From Spirulina sp. (lineage in GTDB: Bacteria > Cyanobacteriota > Cyanobacteriia > Phormidesmidales > Phormidesmidaceae): DNA of 64,000 bases. The stretch is from the NCBI GenBank assembly GCA_044070495.1, contig JBIPSI010000003.1:64001-128000 (forward strand), written 5' to 3'. The stretch's first letter is position 1. Each line of letters opens with the position of its first letter. A program made the position numbers and the translations under genes. Of this stretch, positions 19,600 through 31,000 are shown piece by piece. The notes beneath the pieces were generated by a model, which did not search any database, was not told the origin of the DNA, and worked only from the letters and a program-made list of their open reading frames with translations.

Positions 19600-19824
19600 A
19601 TGAGCTTTTCCCCTCTCTCTCCATCCGCTGATCTGACCGCTTTTCAGGGCCGTGGCGTGGTCGAGCGTCGCATTACCCCGACCAACCCAGGGCGAGTCTC
19701 CTTTCAGGCTTCCTACTGGCCCGCCCGCCTCGTGCAGTCCAGCATTCCAAACCTAAACCCTGGCGACCCGGTGGAGATTGTGGGCCGCGAAGGGCTTACC
19801 CTCCTGGTTAAGCCGTTGCCCTGA
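19600..19824 (+). CDS. NfeD-like OB-fold protein
   Basis: 'GRVSFQASYWPAR...LNPGDPVEIVGREGLTLLV'. Confidence 0.8.
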   Translation: MSFSPLSPSADLTAFQGRGVVERRITPTNPGRVSFQASYWPARLVQSSIPNLNPGDPVEIVGREGLTLLVKPLP

Positions 19825-19837
19825 GGGAGGCTAATTC

Positions 19838-20068
19838 ATGAAACAGCGCCGCTCTTGGCTCCTAGAATTGGCGGTTAATGCTCTAAAGTACTCATTCCTT
19901 AGTCTGGTGGGTTGCACCCTGGCTTACAACATCTCAGCGTATGTCCTGGAGTGGTGGCTAGCCGCTGATCTCATCGTCATTGTGTTGGAACATCTGCTAC
20001 TGCGGGGGCTGATCCTAGTTGGGTGTTTATGGGCGATCGCGGTCATTGTTGAATCCCTGAGTAACTGA
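19838..20068 (+). CDS. Small two-TM membrane protein
   Basis: 76 aa with two hydrophobic helices; GGAGG SD. Confidence 0.65.
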   Translation: MKQRRSWLLELAVNALKYSFLSLVGCTLAYNISAYVLEWWLAADLIVIVLEHLLLRGLILVGCLWAIAVIVESLSN

Positions 20069-20329
20069 AGATTGGGTAAAGTCAAAAGGTATTTCGGGAT
20101 TTGCCAGAGGATCATAATGGACAACTTATCCCCGTCTGTAGCTTAGTTACTTCCGTCAAGGCCAGTAGGTACCCATCTCCGTAGCCGCTGACCATCACAG
20201 GTACAGCACAAACGGAAAAACGTCAGCCGGAAGGGGAAGGACATCATCAGGCATGAGCTAGGACGCAGTCTAAAGGGACTCAGCGCCAAAGGATTTGAGA
20301 TGGGCATTAATGCAGGATATTTCTATCAC

Positions 20330-20857
20330 TTAGCTTCTATTTAGAAAAGATTCCAGCAATACTTTAGGTAGTTCTAGAAATCCACTCGAAGCCCAGTCAG
20401 GATATCCAAGTCGTCTGGCTTGAGATGTCATTGAAAATGGATCTATACCGAAACTATCATGACATACGGCCCAGTAGTGTATGTAACTACCTAAATTAGC
20501 TCCACCAATACCACTTTCGTTGGCAGGACTGAGGAGATTTAAGTACATAAACTCATCATCGTCTGGTGCATCATAGGCAATAAATGGATTACGGAGTGAA
20601 CAATAGATCCATTCTCTGTCTCGACTCGTGCCACTATAGTCACTGACGATTTCCAAATCAACTACAAAAAGCTTGTTGTTTTGACCATCAAACTGATTTT
20701 GATGAATCAGTCGTTTTTCTAACAAGTACGTTTGCCAACAAGAGCCTTGACGACAGTTTTCGTCAATCAACTGTCTTTGCTGAGCTACAGATGATGATGA
20801 AAAGCCCATCACCACAAAGAGTAGAGAAGTAAAAAATATTTGTCTTATCATGTTCAT
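20330..20857 (-). CDS. Secreted hypothetical protein
   Basis: Signal-peptide-like N-terminus ('IFFTSLLFVVMGFSSSSVA'); several cysteines. Confidence 0.7.
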   Translation of the reverse strand: MNMIRQIFFTSLLFVVMGFSSSSVAQQRQLIDENCRQGSCWQTYLLEKRLIHQNQFDGQNNKLFVVDLEIVSDYSGTSRDREWIYCSLRNPFIAYDAPDDDEFMYLNLLSPANESGIGGANLGSYIHYWAVCHDSFGIDPFSMTSQARRLGYPDWASSGFLELPKVLLESFLNRS

Positions 20858-20922
20858 CCTCCGTTCAGATAATAAATAAATTCAAACCGGAAATTCAATA
20901 TCCCTTAATGATTGAGAAAATG

Positions 20923-21774
20923 CTAAAAAGAGTTAAGACACAATTGAAGAAAGTCTCGCTCATTTTCAGTTATTTGATTTGACAAAAGACGATAGTCACT
21001 TAAGTTAATTGGGTAGTCCGAAGAGGAAACTTCAAAATCTTCACTTCCAGAAATATGGTGTCCCCAAACTGCTTGAGTAATAAGATTGCCTGACACAATC
21101 CCACTGAGACAGGGATTGTCTGCCATGTAAACGATTGTGAATCCCACAACCCTACTGCCACGCTTCTGGATTACGAGAACAGGATCTACTTCAGGTGTGA
21201 GATGTGGACTGGGTGGTAGTTCAAACTTATAGATGCCGTCTGGCATACGAGCTAAGTTAAAGGTTGAAGAAGATCTTGGCGGCGTGTAATCTTGACCAGC
21301 ATCAGTGATCGTGAAGCTATAGCGTCCTTGACTATTTCTTGTACGGCCAGCAACTACTGCTGAGTATTCACCACTTCGAGGCAGCATTAAAGTGATGTAA
21401 GAAGTACCTCCATTAGGATTTAACACCGAAGCAATGAATTGATTGTCTGGGCTAAAAACCATCAAGCCTCCGCCAGAGGCATTATTTTCTATGACTATGA
21501 AAATCTGTTGGCCTGCCATTCCATCGAAATAATATTCATCGAACAAAACATTATCATCTAGAGCACTATCTCCTTGCTCAAGGCTCCCGTTAATTTGCAT
21601 AATGATATTATTTTGAGCCATATAGAACTCAGGTGTATTGACTGGATCTAACGCCAAATGACTTAATGCTGGATTGATTGATCCTAAACTCAGCAATATT
21701 GTTGACATGGAAAGTGATAGCGCCCTAGCCCTAGTCAATATAATCATTGAAATAAATCTCCTAGCTAATCTCAT
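20923..21774 (-). CDS. Secreted protein with PPC (pre-peptidase C-terminal)-like domain
   Basis: Signal-like N-terminus; 'INGSLEQGD...FDEYYFDGMAGQQIFI...LPRSGEY...GRYSFTI'. Confidence 0.7.
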   Translation of the reverse strand: MRLARRFISMIILTRARALSLSMSTILLSLGSINPALSHLALDPVNTPEFYMAQNNIIMQINGSLEQGDSALDDNVLFDEYYFDGMAGQQIFIVIENNASGGGLMVFSPDNQFIASVLNPNGGTSYITLMLPRSGEYSAVVAGRTRNSQGRYSFTITDAGQDYTPPRSSSTFNLARMPDGIYKFELPPSPHLTPEVDPVLVIQKRGSRVVGFTIVYMADNPCLSGIVSGNLITQAVWGHHISGSEDFEVSSSDYPINLSDYRLLSNQITENERDFLQLCLNSF

Positions 21775-21840
21775 TATTTGAATTCTTGTAAACCTTCCAA
21801 AGATTTAGGGACAGGATTGCCCCCACTCGTCATAACCAAG

Positions 21841-22653
21841 TTAGCTGCCTTGCAAATCAGGCAAAGGAAGTAGCTTGCCATAGGCGACAAGACTCTGAAA
21901 TTGCTGTTGAAGCGCCTTAGAAATAACTTTATCTTTAATCAAAATCCCCGCTTCGATATTGCGATTATGAGCAGCTTCTGTAAAGTTGGCGGAACTGATA
22001 AAAGCAGTCGCCTCATCTATGATCACGCATTTTGCATGAAGGCAAGCCCGAAATCCAGACGAACTAGAGATAGAACGAGGATCATAGAAAACTTCTGGCA
22101 ATCGTTTGCCGGGCCATATCTTGTCGCGGAAGTGATTACTACAATCTTGGACTAACTGCTGAGGGCTATAAATATGATTAGGCCGCATCAGGTTGATAAA
22201 AAACTGTACGGTTAGTTTAGGATTATCATCCATACGATTCGCTAGCGTTTGAAATATGGCATCAGCCTTAGTATTTTGGTCTATGGCATAGGTTGAAACT
22301 AAAACACTGTGCTGAACTAATTCAAAGAGTTCCTGGACGACAACCCGTGTATCACGACTGGCGGTTCCAGGGACTTCTGGCCCAGTCCAAACTAACTCTG
22401 GTGGAGGGCGATCTTGTAACCGCTGGTTCCGTTCCTGGGCGATTGCTTCCAGTAAAGTTCCCACCTGCGCAAGAGTAAACCCTTGTGAGGTGAGATGATT
22501 TAGACTCTGAAGTATGTCAGGTAATAAAGCATCGGGGACATGCACGGTTAGATCAGCAGTTGTCAGCGGCAGGGTAAGGCGTTGACTCCGCAAGGCTTGA
22601 GCTAGGGTCTGAAGACTAGACAAGCTCAGTCGATGTAGGGGTGCAGTGTCCAT
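21841..22653 (-). CDS. drmC: DISARM phospholipase-D-family nuclease DrmC
   Basis: 'ELVWTGP' and 'LHAKCVIID...ISSANFT...NIEAG' (HxK-x4-D); last gene of the operon. Confidence 0.9.
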   Translation of the reverse strand: MDTAPLHRLSLSSLQTLAQALRSQRLTLPLTTADLTVHVPDALLPDILQSLNHLTSQGFTLAQVGTLLEAIAQERNQRLQDRPPPELVWTGPEVPGTASRDTRVVVQELFELVQHSVLVSTYAIDQNTKADAIFQTLANRMDDNPKLTVQFFINLMRPNHIYSPQQLVQDCSNHFRDKIWPGKRLPEVFYDPRSISSSSGFRACLHAKCVIIDEATAFISSANFTEAAHNRNIEAGILIKDKVISKALQQQFQSLVAYGKLLPLPDLQGS

Positions 22654-22658
22654 AATCT

Positions 22659-24590
22659 TTACAACCCGCTGAGGTGATCTGGGAAGAATGCCGCCTTTGT
22701 ATCAGCCACAGTATTGACCACTAAGGCGCGATCCAGAAAATCGTTGCGGTTCTCGCAGGAGGTTTCTGCGATGAGTACGCACCCGTGACAGGCGGCACCA
22801 TGAAGGAGACGATCCTCATCTATATTCGTGGGATCATGTTGAGCACAGATGGGGTCGTTGGAGCAAAGCCTTCCCCGCTGTAGGGCACGTCGTAAATGGT
22901 TTTCGATATTGTGCCCCAAGTTCACTAAACCGCCCAGACTGCCCTCTGATCCAGTGGTGCTGGTATAGAGAAGAATGCCGTAGCCCTTAATTCGAGATTC
23001 TTCTTTATCTCTGATCGCGTAAATCCGTTCTTTGATAGCACTGGCTGAATAGCCGCAATCTAGAGCGATTTCCGTAATCAAAAGATGGGAAAGGGTATGG
23101 AGCAGGATATAGGCTAAGCCAGGATATCTACTTTTACTCTGATCAATTCCTCGGCTTTTAAGCCATTTTTGAGATCCCTGATGAAGTTCCTCGTTTCGTT
23201 TCAGGGCATTGGGGCTATTAACCCAATCCTCAATAGCCTTTGTATGAAAAGCTAAAAATATGCCTTCTCCTTTATTTTCAATTGCTGGCACCCACTTCAT
23301 ATCTTGTCCCAGAAGGGCACGACGGGGATTAATATCTAGGTCTCCTGCTTCCACATCAGGCAAGGAAGATTCAAAGCGGGTGAAACCAACCTGGGCAATA
23401 ACTTCTCGCAGACGGTGGACTAATACTACTTGACTTAGGTAGGGCTTCCATTTAAGTTCGATGGAGTCGGGTGATCGTCTAGCCGCTTCAAAGTCGAGGT
23501 CATCTTTACTCCGATTTTGTTTGGCTTCGGGGCTATTTTCTAGGGGAGATTGGAGTAAGGCTTCCAACTCAACAGATTTGATAGAGCGATCAGGATCGTC
23601 TGTGGTGGTGTTCTCTCTGCGGTTTTGCAGTGCTTCCCAAACCACTTCTGGATTGAAGGGATGTAGCTTGGCGTATCGCTTACGCTTAATGGTATTTGTC
23701 AAATCATCGAGGTCTTCGATTTCCTCTAGATCTCCCTCATAAAACTCATCAATCATTTTATAGAGTTCGTGAGCTTGATCGGGAATAGAGATGACGCTGA
23801 GCGTATGGGAAAAGTAGGCATTACTGGCCGATCTGACTAACAGACGATTGGGTTCAGGTTTTCCAGTTTCCTGGAGAGTACCTGTTTTCTGATCTGCCAC
23901 TCGGCCAATACACGTTTCCTTAGCTTTTTTGAGCCAAGGCATATCTCCCTGACAGTCTCCTAGAACATGGGCATCTTTTAACTTGACCTGGGAAAGAGGA
24001 CGACGGGCACCACATTCACAGCGAATAAAGATTTCTTCAAAGTCGTTTCCAGATCCGGCCTCGTCTAACCACAGTTGCTTATTGCAATTTGTCTTGAAGT
24101 CCGCATGAACAAAGCCTTTCCAATTAATATCACTGAGGTGTCCGTTAACACACCCTTGGACAAAGCGAATAGGTACCCATTCGATCTTCTTACTATTAAA
24201 TTTATCGTCACTCTTCAGGGCACTCCAGTGGCGGAAAGGGCGTGTTCTATATTTGCCGTAGGATTCATTAGTCTGACCAAGAAACCATTGAGGAAAAACA
24301 AAGGCTTCAATGCGGTGCTGGCGACTATCATTCTTGGAGTATGGCTGGGGAGGGGTGAGCAGCTCAAGGTTTTGCCAAGTCCCGGTTTGTTGCTCAATAA
24401 GTTGATTGACTTTACGGCGTAAACGTTCTTCGGTAATCGGCTTTTGATTACCGTGCCAATATGATAAACCACTAATAACAACGGAACGATCTGGTAAATC
24501 GACCATGGAACCAGGGCCAAAGGTCGTTAGGAGTTGACTTTGGCGGACTTCACCATCGGGGGGACGCTTGCTTTGTTTTTTCTTAGCCAT
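22659..24590 (-). CDS. drmB: DISARM DUF1998 protein DrmB
   Basis: 'VRQSQLLTTFGPGSMVDL', 'LLHTLSHLLI' and Zn-binding 'CSNDPIC...ACHGC...ETSC'; ATG 24590 chosen. Confidence 0.92.
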   Translation of the reverse strand: MAKKKQSKRPPDGEVRQSQLLTTFGPGSMVDLPDRSVVISGLSYWHGNQKPITEERLRRKVNQLIEQQTGTWQNLELLTPPQPYSKNDSRQHRIEAFVFPQWFLGQTNESYGKYRTRPFRHWSALKSDDKFNSKKIEWVPIRFVQGCVNGHLSDINWKGFVHADFKTNCNKQLWLDEAGSGNDFEEIFIRCECGARRPLSQVKLKDAHVLGDCQGDMPWLKKAKETCIGRVADQKTGTLQETGKPEPNRLLVRSASNAYFSHTLSVISIPDQAHELYKMIDEFYEGDLEEIEDLDDLTNTIKRKRYAKLHPFNPEVVWEALQNRRENTTTDDPDRSIKSVELEALLQSPLENSPEAKQNRSKDDLDFEAARRSPDSIELKWKPYLSQVVLVHRLREVIAQVGFTRFESSLPDVEAGDLDINPRRALLGQDMKWVPAIENKGEGIFLAFHTKAIEDWVNSPNALKRNEELHQGSQKWLKSRGIDQSKSRYPGLAYILLHTLSHLLITEIALDCGYSASAIKERIYAIRDKEESRIKGYGILLYTSTTGSEGSLGGLVNLGHNIENHLRRALQRGRLCSNDPICAQHDPTNIDEDRLLHGAACHGCVLIAETSCENRNDFLDRALVVNTVADTKAAFFPDHLSGL

Positions 24591-24615
24591 CGTTTGAAGG
24601 AATTGGATAGAAGGA

Positions 24616-27600
24616 TTAGTCTTGACTGAAGGGGTCGGAAATCCAGAGCGGAACACTAAGTTCCACATCGCGTAGGCTGCGGGGTGCCTTAAACTTCTGG
24701 CGCTCTAAGCTGGGTTTTGGATCGGCAACCGCCAGTTCCATCGGATCGAGGAGCAATGGCCCTACTCCTTCACTTTCGGATTTATTGTATTGAAGGCTTC
24801 CTTGATTTTCATTCTGAATGGAGTCCCAGCTATCCAGGAGGTCAGTAACGCGATTACTGACATGCTGGGCTAACTCATCTAGGTTGGTATCACCTTTGCA
24901 ATGACTACCAGCCCGTGCTGAAATTTGTTCAACTAGGGCATTGATCATCTGCCGCTGCTGGGTGATATTGGAGGCTCCCTGGGGTGGGGTCATAGAGGAG
25001 AGGCCCAACCGAGCGATGGCAACGGTCACTGCTGCTAAGCCCCGATCAAGGGCACGACTGGAAAAGGGGGTGACACTGGTCGCTTCCACGGCACGGTAGA
25101 AGGTCTGATGCCAATATTGGAAACGCTCATAGTGGGAGCGATCACGGGGGCGGTGGACGTTCATTAGCGTAACCACAAGACCAGGCCGTTCTTTATCCCG
25201 GCCTACACGGCTGGAGCTTTGGATATACTCAGCAGCGGTTTTAGGCTGGCCTAGAATGACCATCAAACCTAGGCGAACAATGTCCAAACCCACAGAAATC
25301 ATGTTGGTGGCTAGGGCGATGTCTACCCTTTCCTTATCTGTGAAAGGTAGGGATAATTTACGCTTAGTTTCAGCAATCTTGTTAGTGTCTACCCTAGAGG
25401 TCAGTTCCTCTGGGCTATCCGCAATTTTACGTTTACTAAAGAAGCTGACCTCTTCATTAACTCGTTTACGGTCTTGGTAATTTCTGAGACGGGAAACCAC
25501 TTCATCTTCCACAATGCGACGGCTTCCCCCCAGTTCCCGCAGGGCGTTGAAGTAGCCCATCAAGGTCATGTAAGGATCGACGGGGTTCTTCTTACTTTTT
25601 TGACCACCAGCTTGCTCCCACTGATACTGTCCAGAACTCAGGAGAGCCAGGTACGCCCGAAGCAGGACAACTTTAAGGCTGCGCCCCTGGGCCGCTATAC
25701 CCACATAGAGGCGACCGGGTTCTTGTGGCGTTGCTGGTACCGTTTCAGCGAAGAAGGAATCATGGCGATCGGGGCCGGGGGGTGGAAAGACCTGGACTTG
25801 GTTACGATTGAATAAAGCCTGAATCTGCGTTTGGGCTCGGCGCACCGTGGCTGTGGAGGCAATGATTTTAGGCCGAATGGGCTTTGGGCCATGGGTGCTA
25901 CACAACGCATCAACCGCTGTTTCGTAAAGGCCGACCATGGTTCCTAATGGGCCAGAAATCAGGTGTAGCTCATCCTGAATGATCAGGTCTGGTGGGGGTA
26001 AACCGTCCTTGAGCTTCTGGCCGAAGGTATTCGCATCCGCCACACTGAAGAAGCCCTCGTTGGGCTGGTAATGACTAACCTTGCCAAATAATTTCCCGGT
26101 TTGACCAAACCAGGGTAGTCCGGCAAATTTATCGACCGTGGCAATGAGGAAACAGGGCAAGCGGCGATAGAGCGGATCATCGATGGCGATGATTGGTAGC
26201 TGCTGTTCGCTAAACTGGCAATCATAATCATCACACCGAACCTCAAGGCTTTTAGGATTCTTCAGGTCTGGACTGAGGCTAAAGTTGCGTGGCTCAAATT
26301 TTGTGCCGCACCAAGGGCAACGTTCGAGGGGAATCGGTGATCGGTTGTCCTTGCTATTTTCCTTGAACTCTTGCAATAGTCCGTAGGCTGTCTCTTCATT
26401 GTTTTTCTGCCCCTGCCCACCCATGCGGTTAGGTGTTGCACTAGAACCAACCCAAAGTCCAATTTCAAAGGGCCACTCTCCCAAGGTTGGATCTTGCTGG
26501 CGCTCTAGCTCTAGGGCACAGATCAAACGAGCGGCCCGCTCCAGTTGGTCTAGGGTCAACAGTCGTAGGGTATACCGCATGATGATACTCACCCCTGCCC
26601 CCTGGATGCCGGGATGGGTGAGGCGGCGGTACACCAGAGTAAAAGCAGCCAGACCTAGATAGGCTTCAGTTTTACCACCCCCGGTCGGGAAGAAGAGGAG
26701 ATCGACAATGCCTCGATCCTCCGACTCTGGTTGGGCAACTCCACTTAAGTTGAGCAGAATAAAGGCGATCTGAAAGGGTCGCCATTGGGGAGGATCAAAG
26801 CTTTCGGGAGGTGATCCGGTTTCTTGGCTCAACTGTTGACGGCGGGCCTTGGCAATCACCTGGTTGGCCATCGTAAAGGCTTTGAAGGCGTGGGGGTCAC
26901 TGAGCAAATCAATCCCCTGGCTCATTCGATGCTTGGCCAGCTCTGCCTCCTTGAGCAACTGCTGGGCTGTCTTTTGATGGTGGGCTGCCAGAGATGAACT
27001 TTGGGTCTTTTGCTGCTCAATCCAGACTTCGTAGGCATGGATAAGGGGCCGAAGTGCGGCTTGCAGGGTCGCACTATCGGCCATACCTGCTAGAGTTTCC
27101 ATGCCTAGGTCGATGCCTGGGATCTTGGATGCATCCACGCGAGGCACTTCATAGGTGGGAATCCAGGCGGTACGGATGGTTTGGCAACGACGAGGATCGT
27201 TGGAGTCTGGGGTGGCTACTGCGGCTACGTTATGGCCTACGGCAAACTCATAGTCGTTACGATATTGCAGGGCCGCAATCTGTTCATCGGGGTCGGTCTC
27301 TGTACCTTGGTTGGGGTTACTGCGTGGGATAAATCCTTCAGGACAGTAGAGTGTCAGTTGAGCTTGGAAAAGATAGGTCGTGTCCTTGTAATCCTTGATG
27401 CCTTTGCGGTGGTTCACCAAAAAGATAGATAGGGCACGGGTGCCGTCTGGCAAGGCGTCATTCTCTACGGGACGGTTAATCACGGTTAGTTCCACACCTT
27501 CATGACCAACAACGGGTAAGGTGGTGGTGGTCTCCTGGGCATTCAGCGGAATAGGCATTTCGACCGCCTGATTGACCCGGCCCCAGTGATACGTTTTCTT

Positions 27601-28029
27601 GGATGACTTCTCTTCTTCTTCTGGATTATCCTGGGTAACTTCAATCGGGTAATAATCCCCCCAGTTGATGGTTGCCGTCAGGGTGGTAACGGTGTTGGGC
27701 AGCAGAAAACTCAGGCCAATCGATGATGGAAACGGTACGGTACGAGCGGCAGAAATTTCTGGGTTAGCCCCATCCTCTATGCCTTCTTTCTTTTCAAAGT
27801 TATTTTCGATCTCCCCACTGAGGTCATCCTCTAGGGCCAAGCTAACCTCCAGCGCAGCACCATAGGGGGCCAGGAAACCTGTAAGGTACCACTTACTAGG
27901 AGCCTGAGATAATAGTTCCTCTTTGTAGCGATCAAAGTGGGGAGAGGTAGGGTCAGGGCCAACTAGATCAATCTGGAGCGCATCGAGGAGATTTTGACGA
28001 ACTTCGGTGGAGTTGGTGGGAGGGGTCAT
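24616..28029 (-). CDS. drmA: DISARM SF2 helicase DrmA
   Basis: WRPFQ, FFPTGGGKTEAY, QDELH, ASTAT, TNMISVGLD and YIQSSSRVGR motifs. Confidence 0.93.
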   Translation of the reverse strand: MTPPTNSTEVRQNLLDALQIDLVGPDPTSPHFDRYKEELLSQAPSKWYLTGFLAPYGAALEVSLALEDDLSGEIENNFEKKEGIEDGANPEISAARTVPFPSSIGLSFLLPNTVTTLTATINWGDYYPIEVTQDNPEEEEKSSKKTYHWGRVNQAVEMPIPLNAQETTTTLPVVGHEGVELTVINRPVENDALPDGTRALSIFLVNHRKGIKDYKDTTYLFQAQLTLYCPEGFIPRSNPNQGTETDPDEQIAALQYRNDYEFAVGHNVAAVATPDSNDPRRCQTIRTAWIPTYEVPRVDASKIPGIDLGMETLAGMADSATLQAALRPLIHAYEVWIEQQKTQSSSLAAHHQKTAQQLLKEAELAKHRMSQGIDLLSDPHAFKAFTMANQVIAKARRQQLSQETGSPPESFDPPQWRPFQIAFILLNLSGVAQPESEDRGIVDLLFFPTGGGKTEAYLGLAAFTLVYRRLTHPGIQGAGVSIIMRYTLRLLTLDQLERAARLICALELERQQDPTLGEWPFEIGLWVGSSATPNRMGGQGQKNNEETAYGLLQEFKENSKDNRSPIPLERCPWCGTKFEPRNFSLSPDLKNPKSLEVRCDDYDCQFSEQQLPIIAIDDPLYRRLPCFLIATVDKFAGLPWFGQTGKLFGKVSHYQPNEGFFSVADANTFGQKLKDGLPPPDLIIQDELHLISGPLGTMVGLYETAVDALCSTHGPKPIRPKIIASTATVRRAQTQIQALFNRNQVQVFPPPGPDRHDSFFAETVPATPQEPGRLYVGIAAQGRSLKVVLLRAYLALLSSGQYQWEQAGGQKSKKNPVDPYMTLMGYFNALRELGGSRRIVEDEVVSRLRNYQDRKRVNEEVSFFSKRKIADSPEELTSRVDTNKIAETKRKLSLPFTDKERVDIALATNMISVGLDIVRLGLMVILGQPKTAAEYIQSSSRVGRDKERPGLVVTLMNVHRPRDRSHYERFQYWHQTFYRAVEATSVTPFSSRALDRGLAAVTVAIARLGLSSMTPPQGASNITQQRQMINALVEQISARAGSHCKGDTNLDELAQHVSNRVTDLLDSWDSIQNENQGSLQYNKSESEGVGPLLLDPMELAVADPKPSLERQKFKAPRSLRDVELSVPLWISDPFSQD

Positions 28030-28093
28030 GGGAAATTATCAGCCCTATAATTCTCAGATTTGATGTCAAGACAGGTATTTCATTAGGCTATTT

Positions 28094-31000
28094 TCAGTCT
28101 AAAAAGAGTAGTTCTCCCTGTTGTTCTTCCTTGATGATTTCGCCTTTCTTCTTAGCAGTTCCTTTCTTCTTAGTCGTCCCTTTGCCAATAGCTTTGGCGT
28201 TTCCGTGAAGCCCTAGGCGTACTTCTTCGTCATAGCGTTTCTGGTTAAGATCTAAGAGCCGCGCTAATACGTCATCATGGATAACTTCGGGCCACTTGTA
28301 GCGCCAGGGGAGTTTTCCCCGTTTGGCCTGACTACTTCGGACTAACACATCAAAGGCAGCAGCTTCCTCTGCCGTAGAGAAAAACAAATCGCCGGACTCT
28401 ACTCGCTCTTGCGCTTGGGCGGGTAAGTCTTCGGGGTCAACGTCTAAATAGTCGAGGGCGAAGCCACAGGTGGATTCAATGTCTTGCCAACCGTAGGCAT
28501 CCAGGACAGCCCGATCCATTTGGTCGTGCAGTTCCCGCAGCTTGAGGATGTCTGGATCGTCTTCGTGGGGGTCGTGGAAGCGGTTGTAGGTGGCGGTTAA
28601 GCCCTGGTTATTGCGAATCATCAGGTCGGCGCGGTATTCATAGTAGGTTTTGCCGATTTTGTCTAGGGCAGGGTCGGTTTCCCAGTTGGCGGGGAAGGGG
28701 AAGGTTTCAAAGCAGTCAGCACAAGAATAACGAAGATCATCTTTCATAGATGAACTCAGAAATCTTGCCCATATCTCATGGATTCGACCTTGCAGGATTC
28801 CAAAGGATGAGTAAGACGATAATGGAAAAACGACTAGTGATTCTGCATAAACCATCTCATTCGGGAGGAATGTAAATGCAACAGCATTACCAACGCGAGA
28901 AATTGCCAAAACCCGATCACACTCCGCGATCTCTCTAAATAAAGCAGGTGTGGTCTCTCCAAAACGCCACCAATATCTTGCTCGAACTTCACGTTTTTGA
29001 GCCAATCTTGCAGGCTTAACCTTCTCCTCCACAATCGCCATCAAATCCGGCCATTTTCTAGCCTCCTCCTCGGTTATCTCCCCAAGATTAATCACATAGC
29101 GACGGTGAGCATGGGTAGGGCTACTATTCACCTCCTCCCCGCCAATATAAGGAAAAATACATTCGGCATTGCGAGAATCTTTTTCAATCAGGCGGTGCAT
29201 TTCTGCAATAGGGGTGGCTTCTGGGTTGGTGTCATCAAAAGTAAAGCCCATCCCTAATACATAGCTGCCGATAAAGCTTTTGTTTTTGTTAGCCAAAAGC
29301 ACCTTGGGGTCGTCATTGCCGCCATCATGAAAAAAGAACGCAGTTATTTGGTTGACGGCTCTACAATTTAAGTATCGTTGCCCAGAATATTGTCCCTTAT
29401 AACCATGGGTCACGCTGGCCACCACCGCAGCGGCTCCCTGCCATTTTACTCGTTTGGTAACGTTATAGAAATCACACCCTTCTTTGGCTATAACCCTAAG
29501 TCCACTGCTACGGGTATCCCCTTGGGAAACCGTATTGGTGGAAACTAACCCAAAGGTGCCTTGCTTTCGTAAAATGGTGAAGGTTCTACGAAAGAAATGG
29601 GCTACCAAGTCAGCATTACCGTGACTCTCAGGATGCACAACTTTCAGCCAATCTAAATACCCATCTGGATGACCATTGATTAAGGTATTTTTCCCTGCGA
29701 ACGGTGGATTCCCCACAATTGCATCAAACCCTGGATTCTTCCGGTCAAATACCTCTGGAAACTCAATTTCCCAATGGAAGGGCGTTAGGGGTCGATCACT
29801 CTGTTGCAGCGACGCCACAATCGCCTCTAATTCAGCCTCAGTCCCCTGAGCCAATAGGGTTTGATACTCCTGTTCTAACTGCTCTCGTTCCTTGGCGTTC
29901 TTGCCCTTAAAGAAGGCTCCTACCTTCATTAAGCCTGCCAAGCGTGGCCCTGCCAAAATAGCCTCTACCTGCTGCCAAGCCTGGTACTTGCGGCTCATCT
30001 GGTCATCATCCGTGGTGTCTGTCTCCTGAATGGATCGGCGGTAGTTTTCCACCTGTCTCAGTTGTTCCCGCACCTGGGCATCACTATCGAGGAGAGACAA
30101 CTGGGCCACTTTCGTAAAGCTGCTAATCTCCTTAGACGTAAGCCCTACCAGGGAATCGCCATCCTTGAGGGCGTGATCCACAAAGGTAAAGGGGCGATCA
30201 TTGGAGAGGGTCAACAACCACAGCGACAACTTGGCCAGGTTTACCGCAAAGGGGTTTTTGTCCACCCCATATAGACACCGCTGGGCCACCAGGCGACGGG
30301 CCATCAGGAGCGGATCCAAAGCTCCCCTCGGTGTGGACTTCTCCCGTTCCCACGCTTTCACCAGTTCATCGGCCAACTGCCGACAGGTTTCCACCAGGAA
30401 GGCCCCAGACCCCATCGCAAGGTCACAGACCTTAAGGGATAGAATCTGCTCTGCCGTGGGGTGTTCTCCAAGCTGGCTGAGGATGGGCCGTAACGTGGTT
30501 TCCACAATGGGTTGAGTCAGTTTTTGGGGCGTATAGTGGGAACCCGACCGCCGCCGTTCCTCTCCCGGCTGCAAATACAAACTCCCCATCGGGAGAACGC
30601 TAGGGGTGCGATGGGAGATACGACGATCTAAAGCGGCTTGTAGGTCAAGGATGGTTTTAGCCACCTTCACCGCCGTCGCCACCTTGCCCTCAGCTTTGCA
30701 CTCGGCCTCTTTCAGCATGGACAGCCGATCCGCTGGCTTCCTCGCGAGTAACGCGGCCAAGTCAATCACAACATCCTTGGGACGTACCGCCAGGGATGGG
30801 CCTGGGGCAACCTCCACCTCAAAGCCCATAATCCCTTCATAGACGGAACCAATTTCTTCAACACTCAGGGCACGATAGGACAGCCGATCCCCCTTGAGCA
30901 TCAGCAGCTTATCCAACATCCGAAACACAACGCCATCGGACACTTGAGGGAGATGGGTGATAGCGTCCGTGGGGTTCTGCCGCCCTTCTAGAAACGGGTA

